A DNA stretch of 57,857 nt, counting the filler, from Sluysia triapertura (taxonomy: Eukaryota), in NCBI GenBank assembly GCA_046118255.1. It is 4 parts of 4 records of this genome, joined end to end, with 100 filler letters (N's around TTAATTAATTAA, not from the genome) between each part and the next. Parts side by side here need not be neighbours in the genome. Positions count along the whole stretch, not along the records: positions 40,584 to 57,857 come from JBJNIA010190052.1; 3 more parts are not named here. One strand, written 5' to 3'. Under the pieces are notes generated by a model, which was not told the origin of the DNA, did no database searches, and saw nothing but the letters and a program-made list of their open reading frames with translations. Position 1 is the stretch's first letter, and every line of letters starts with the position of its first letter. Positions 52,497-57,857 of the stretch are shown here, in pieces. A program made the position numbers and the translations under genes.

Positions 52497-54742
52497 TTAT
52501 TTTTGTTATATTCGTTTTGAGAGTCGTGATTTTATATTATGTATTATGATTTTATGTATTATATATAATATTCTAATATTATATAATTATAAATAATATT
52601 ATTATTATTAATTAATTAATTAATTAAACTCTTAACGAGAGCGTGATTTGCCTTAACAAAAGGAGGAAATTTGAAATTTAAAAAAAGAAAATCTTTAAAT
52701 TTCTAAACTATAAACTATTTACATGTTTATTCTTTTGTGTTCACTTTCTTAATACGGTTATATACATACCTAAGTAAAAATATTATCACTGGTAGTTTGT
52801 TTTATGTCTTTAATTCATAGCACTTTTTCACACCTCATTTTAAACAGAGTTGCAAAGACCATGATTTGATAAATTATGAATTAAAATTGTTTCAACTTTT
52901 AGTTTAAACAGAAGTGTAAAATCCACTTACCACAAAGCAATATAGTTGAGTTCTATTTTATAGTAAGATAGTTATAAATTTTGAACATTACAGACGACTC
53001 TAATGTTATATTTGCTACTAAAAGTACAAGTATAAAAGATTAATTAATTTACGTTACAAAATCCTGTCACAAACCATTTTTTACAAATTCAGTACATTAA
53101 ATTTCATTTATGATGGTAAGTTGTCTTTTTTAAGTAAACACAACAACTCTATCGAATAAAAATTTCAGTACTGATAATAAAAAACAAAATGTTATTTTAA
53201 TACAAATAAATCATCTATTACGAAACGTAGCCGGATATAAAATGTAAAAATGATATAAAAGAGTTTATTATAATTATAAGCCAATTATAAACATTAATTT
53301 TTAGAATTATTTTTTCTTTACTTTCACACAAGCACGTATCACCATTTGTTTGTAAATAATATTCATATAAATTTAAATATATCAAAAATAAACTAAGAAA
53401 ACCTTTTACTATTTATTTTGTCAATTTGTAAAGGTTAACAAAATCAATGGAGTTACTTAATTAGAAATGTAAATTATATTACGCCAGTGTGTGAAAGTGG
53501 TGATTATCAATAAATATTGTATTAAATTTTAACTAATTTTAAATATACTAATAAAATTATATATCATTTCTAATGTATTAAAATAAATAAAACTAAATAA
53601 TTTAATTTAATCTATTTAAACAAATGCATAATTCTTTTTAAAATCAATTTAATAAAATTTTATCATAAATAATTTAATTTACTTTACTAAATGATTAATT
53701 ATAAATAAATTTTAATTAAATAATTTTTAATACAGCAAAGCAAAAGTTTTCATAGTTTGTAAGTCTAATTTGTCAATACTATAGTCTTTAAGTGTTAAAA
53801 TTTCTTTGAGTTTTTGGATTATGTTAGTAGCGAATATCAAATTACTGAAATGAAAATAAATAAATAAATATATTTATTAAAATAAATACAATATAATAAA
53901 TAATAAATATTATGATAATAATAATAATAAATAATAATACAATGTTCCACATTTTAGTATGCCTTTATATACTATTGGTAACATTTCTAAAATTATAGAA
54001 ATTAAAGTTTAATTTTTATTATGTTAATCATTATTATTTTAAAAAACGTCGTAGAAAGCACTAATTTAAGGGCTGCGCGATGACACAATAATCTCAAGTT
54101 GAAAGAATTTTCTGGAAACTTGGAATAGATCTTTATCCTAACAAAATTATTATCTCTTCGTCACAGAGAAAGAGAACTTTTAAAAGAAGAATAAAATAAT
54201 TTATATTATTATTTTCGTTAAGTTGATAAAACAGATGAGTATAATAATTACATAAAATAACTTTACTAATATTGCAGTGTTTTATGTTACAATTTCGTGA
54301 ATTTAAAATGCAATAGATAATTTTTATTTCGCATATATTCTACCAATCAAATCAATTTATGAGAAACTCTTTGTATCGCGGAAGATAGTTTAAACTTATC
54401 TCTAATAGAATAGAGTGTAGAACCTTATGTCTCAACTTTCTATCTTCAGAAATAAATCAAACATTTAACAAACTAAAAATTTTTAAAAAATTCTACGTTT
54501 TTTTACTAATTTATTTGTGCAAATTGTTATAACTAGTAATGCTTCGCTTACAATATGCGATTTAGACCTAAAGGGACGTATTCGTAAGTAACAGTACGTA
54601 TAACTTTAAGATTATTCTCTGGAAATATTTAACTATACTACTCGCACTTTAGTTATATTTATTTTCTACAGCAATTATTTGTAAAGTTGTCAACTTAATA
54701 AGGTCTTAGTCTGAGGGATTTTTGGAAATCAATATATGTAAA

Positions 54743-54743
<1 letters not shown>

Positions 54744-54803
<60 letters not shown>
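54744..54803. repeat. (AAT)n microsatellite
   Basis: Perfect run. Confidence 0.95.
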
Positions 54804-54806
<3 letters not shown>

Positions 54807-57586
54807 ATAATTATATTGTATGCTCAACGTTTATTTGGTTTCTCTTATATTTTTTAGGTACTAATTTGAATGACTTTCTCTAACCGATTTTGGGTAATAC
54901 AATTATATATGTTATCTTTTATTAAATGCTCTTTCAGCTCTTTCAGAAATTGTCAAATTAGTAACCACTTAACCTTTTAAAATCTCTGAGAATTTTCTAT
55001 TAAATTAGTCTACTAACGGTAGTTTATATTCTAACTATAATAAATAGTGAATATTAGATATGTCGTATGGTCAACGTCTATCCTATATGTATTTAGTTTT
55101 TCTAAATATTCGTAATACTAATGTCAAATCAGAAGGTCGGCTTAGGTAAACTACTTTTTAAAAATTCTTACAATATAAACCTATCAAATACATGTAAATA
55201 TATATTTATTCTTTCTAAAAATCCTTTTATCTTTTGAGTCTCAATTATTTAATTGCGTACAATAATGTAATTCTAAACAATTTTTCTTCTTTTTGCCTAT
55301 TTAAATAATTGAACCTTTAATTGAATTCCGACTATATTTATCTTTTGTTGTAAAACTAAATGAGAATTTATTTAATAAAGTAGATTTAAACTTATTTTCT
55401 ATTAAATTAACACTTTAACAATCTTAATAGCTTCAAAGTTATAAATAAAAATATTATATGTGAACTTTATTTTCTTTAATTCTAGGACTAATAAATTATT
55501 TCTTTTCGTTTTCTAAACATAACAAAATAGCACTAAAATCCGAAGATGTATTACCAAAGATAAATATAAACAAATTGGTTAAAATAGATAACACATTGTT
55601 CAAGGTAATAAAAATAGTTTATTATTAGAAATAATTCTAATATCTTTAAAGATTTTAAAATGATTTTACGTTTAGCCTAAACTAGACTTGTCTTTCAAAA
55701 TTTTACGTATTGTTTTGTATCTCCTAAAAGCTTACTGATAATTCTAAAAATTATCCACAAATAAAAGGTGATTTTGATAGAGTATTGCCGGAACCAAATC
55801 CAATAGCGTAAACTTGAATACACACTAAATCAGATGATCACACCGAACGCAATCGATTATTTTCCAAGTAAATTGATTTCCAAAATAAATCGTTTGATCC
55901 ACCAAAGCGACCGAATAAATACCAAATACTTGATCACCGAATTATAAATATTTTACCAACAGGAGTAATTGATTAAATACGAAACAACTCTTTAATTTAT
56001 TGTAAATTCCAATCGTCTAATATTTTTTACTTGTGTTCCGATTTCAAAAGATGACTCCTTTATATATCATCAGTAAGTTTTATTTTTTGAATTATTATTG
56101 ATTATTTATTTTTAGAAATTATTTTAAACAAATTAGGTTAGTTGAAACAAAAATAAGCAGTGATTAATCAGTTGAAAATGAGGTAACTATTTATCATGCA
56201 AACAACCAGAAGAAAGATGAGTGAATCATTTATTTATTATTATTCATTATTTCTTTTAGGTCAATTTTATTATTATTCTTTTATTATTTCAGCTTCTGGT
56301 TAACTGGTCCTAGAGTACCAACAATATTTATATACATAGACAATTTAAATAAATCTTCATCGTGCGTTTATTGGTGATTTATGAACTCCAATCCAATAAC
56401 GCTTACTAAATTATGCAAATCGTATCATATACTAAAAAAAATCTGTTTATTTCTTGTTTTCAAGCACGAAAATTATAGAAAACATTATTTTATATAGTTT
56501 TTTCTGGAAATTGCATTTTGTAATATCTTTTCTATAGTTAATTTCTTTTTATGGTTATAAATGTTTCTCATGACAATATATGTAACAATTCATTTAGATA
56601 AATTAATTTTTTCTATAATATTGATTTAGCCACATTATGCATTCATATGTATTTATTTTGTAGTTACATCATGTACCCTAGTCTTCATTTTTCGTTCATC
56701 CTGTGATACTTACTATTTAAGTATGACAGGTTCTAATCTGTTTCTTGCCTTTTGTTTTCTTGACTCTTGATATCTTGATGTTTATACTTTTACAATTATT
56801 AAAATAATTTTAAATTTATTTTACTAATACTTTTATTTCAAGTTCATTGAGATGTCTATATATAGTTTTAGATTATATTTTATTTTTTACTTTTATTACT
56901 TACGTTTATAAATCACTTAACAGTCATAAAATTTTTGAAGATTTACATAATTTAACAATAATTAATAATGATAATAATAAGCTTGACATTTTTATATAAA
57001 ATTTAAATGAAAAATCAAACGGAAATTATTCTTTTAATCAGAACTCTTAAGCCCAAAAACTAAACCAGAACACCAACATTTTAAAAATACTGCAAACAGC
57101 AATAAACAGCAAAAGCACCTTGAAAAAACAAGTCAATATAAAATAAAAGCAGGATGTAGGCAATATAAATAGTAAAAACACTCTATAAATGAACAACTCT
57201 ATTTCAAATATAATTCATCATGATTATTCTTAATATTGGGAATATAACTATTCTCACTTCATATTTGGGAACCACCATATACTATTGATATTTAAAATTA
57301 GTTTGACATTTGGGAACCATAAAAATTTTGCGATTATTGTCAGTAGTGTCTAGACTAAATTAAAAGTACGATAGAATTGTATAATGTTTTAAATATTTCC
57401 TAATATCAATCTCATAAATAAATGAATTAAACTAATTTAATAAATTAATATGAATCAAAATTAATAAAATTAAAACGTTGATTCTAATTATCAACGGCGT
57501 CAAATAAATTTCGAATAAGTTATAATCGATATTGACATAATAATAATAATAATAATAATAATGATAATAATAATGATAATAATTAC

Positions 57587-57714
57587 NNNNNNNNNNNNNN
57601 NNNNNNNNNNNNNNNNNNNNNNNNNNNNNNNNNNNNNNNNNNNNNNNNNNNNNNNNNNNNNNNNNNNNNNNNNNNNNNNNNNNNNNNNNNNNNNNNNNNN
57701 NNNNNNNNNNNNNN
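57587..57714. other. Assembly gap (128 N, no linker)
   Basis: N run next to an (AAT)n tract. Confidence 0.95.
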
Positions 57715-57801
57715 ACGGTAATGGTGATCATGTAATTAAGCAACTAATTAGAGAAAAAGTTTGTTAAATTTCAATTTAAAATTTTGTTAGACTTCGTAAA
57801 A

Positions 57802-57857
57802 TGGACTGACCGGGGATCGAACCCGGGACCATCGTCTGCGCAGTCGGACTGCTCTAC
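57802..57857 (-). tRNA. tRNA-like sequence (pseudo-tRNA or SINE head), 5' end cut by the window edge; anticodon not assignable
   Basis: Minus strand GTAGAGC...GGTC CCGGG TTCGATC CCCGG TCAGTCC A, then TTTT. The T-arm/B-box is perfect but the anticodon stem pairs poorly. Confidence 0.7.

Noticed and set aside
55750-56420. C-type-lectin-like words (RYWIG, PFICG) on the minus strand
   Set aside because: Scattered across frames with stops; no consistent exon model.

Overview
Very AT-rich eukaryotic (metazoan-type) DNA. Three N44-TTAATTAATTAA-N44 six-frame-stop spacers (17025-17124, 28164-28263, 40484-40583) split it into four pieces whose adjacency is unproven, and there is a true gap at 57587-57714. 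Host-gene pieces: a trypsin-like S1 protease exon, three leukotriene A4 hydrolase (M1 peptidase) exons, the post-homeodomain exon of Lhx3/4, a PRDM gene (zinc knuckle + PR/SET), a possible PROSER3 exon, a mir-219-like hairpin with a neighbouring hairpin, and a tRNA-like sequence at the right edge. The rest is decayed transposons (hAT, pogo/Tigger, Tc1, Merlin-like, CR1/L2 relics with (TAT)n tails), an ~850-bp non-coding repeat in four copies, and microsatellites. Most notable are three NeSL/Utopia-type non-LTR retroelement relics carrying Ulp1/C48 cysteine-protease domains, none with a visible RT core: one has tandem Ulp1-ZnF-Ulp1, one an apparent pseudo-protease fused tail-to-tail to the first, and one keeps protease, CCHC and endonuclease but appears to lack RT. 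All assignments come from manual reading and recalled motifs; no searches were run. Coordinates of degenerate elements are approximate.
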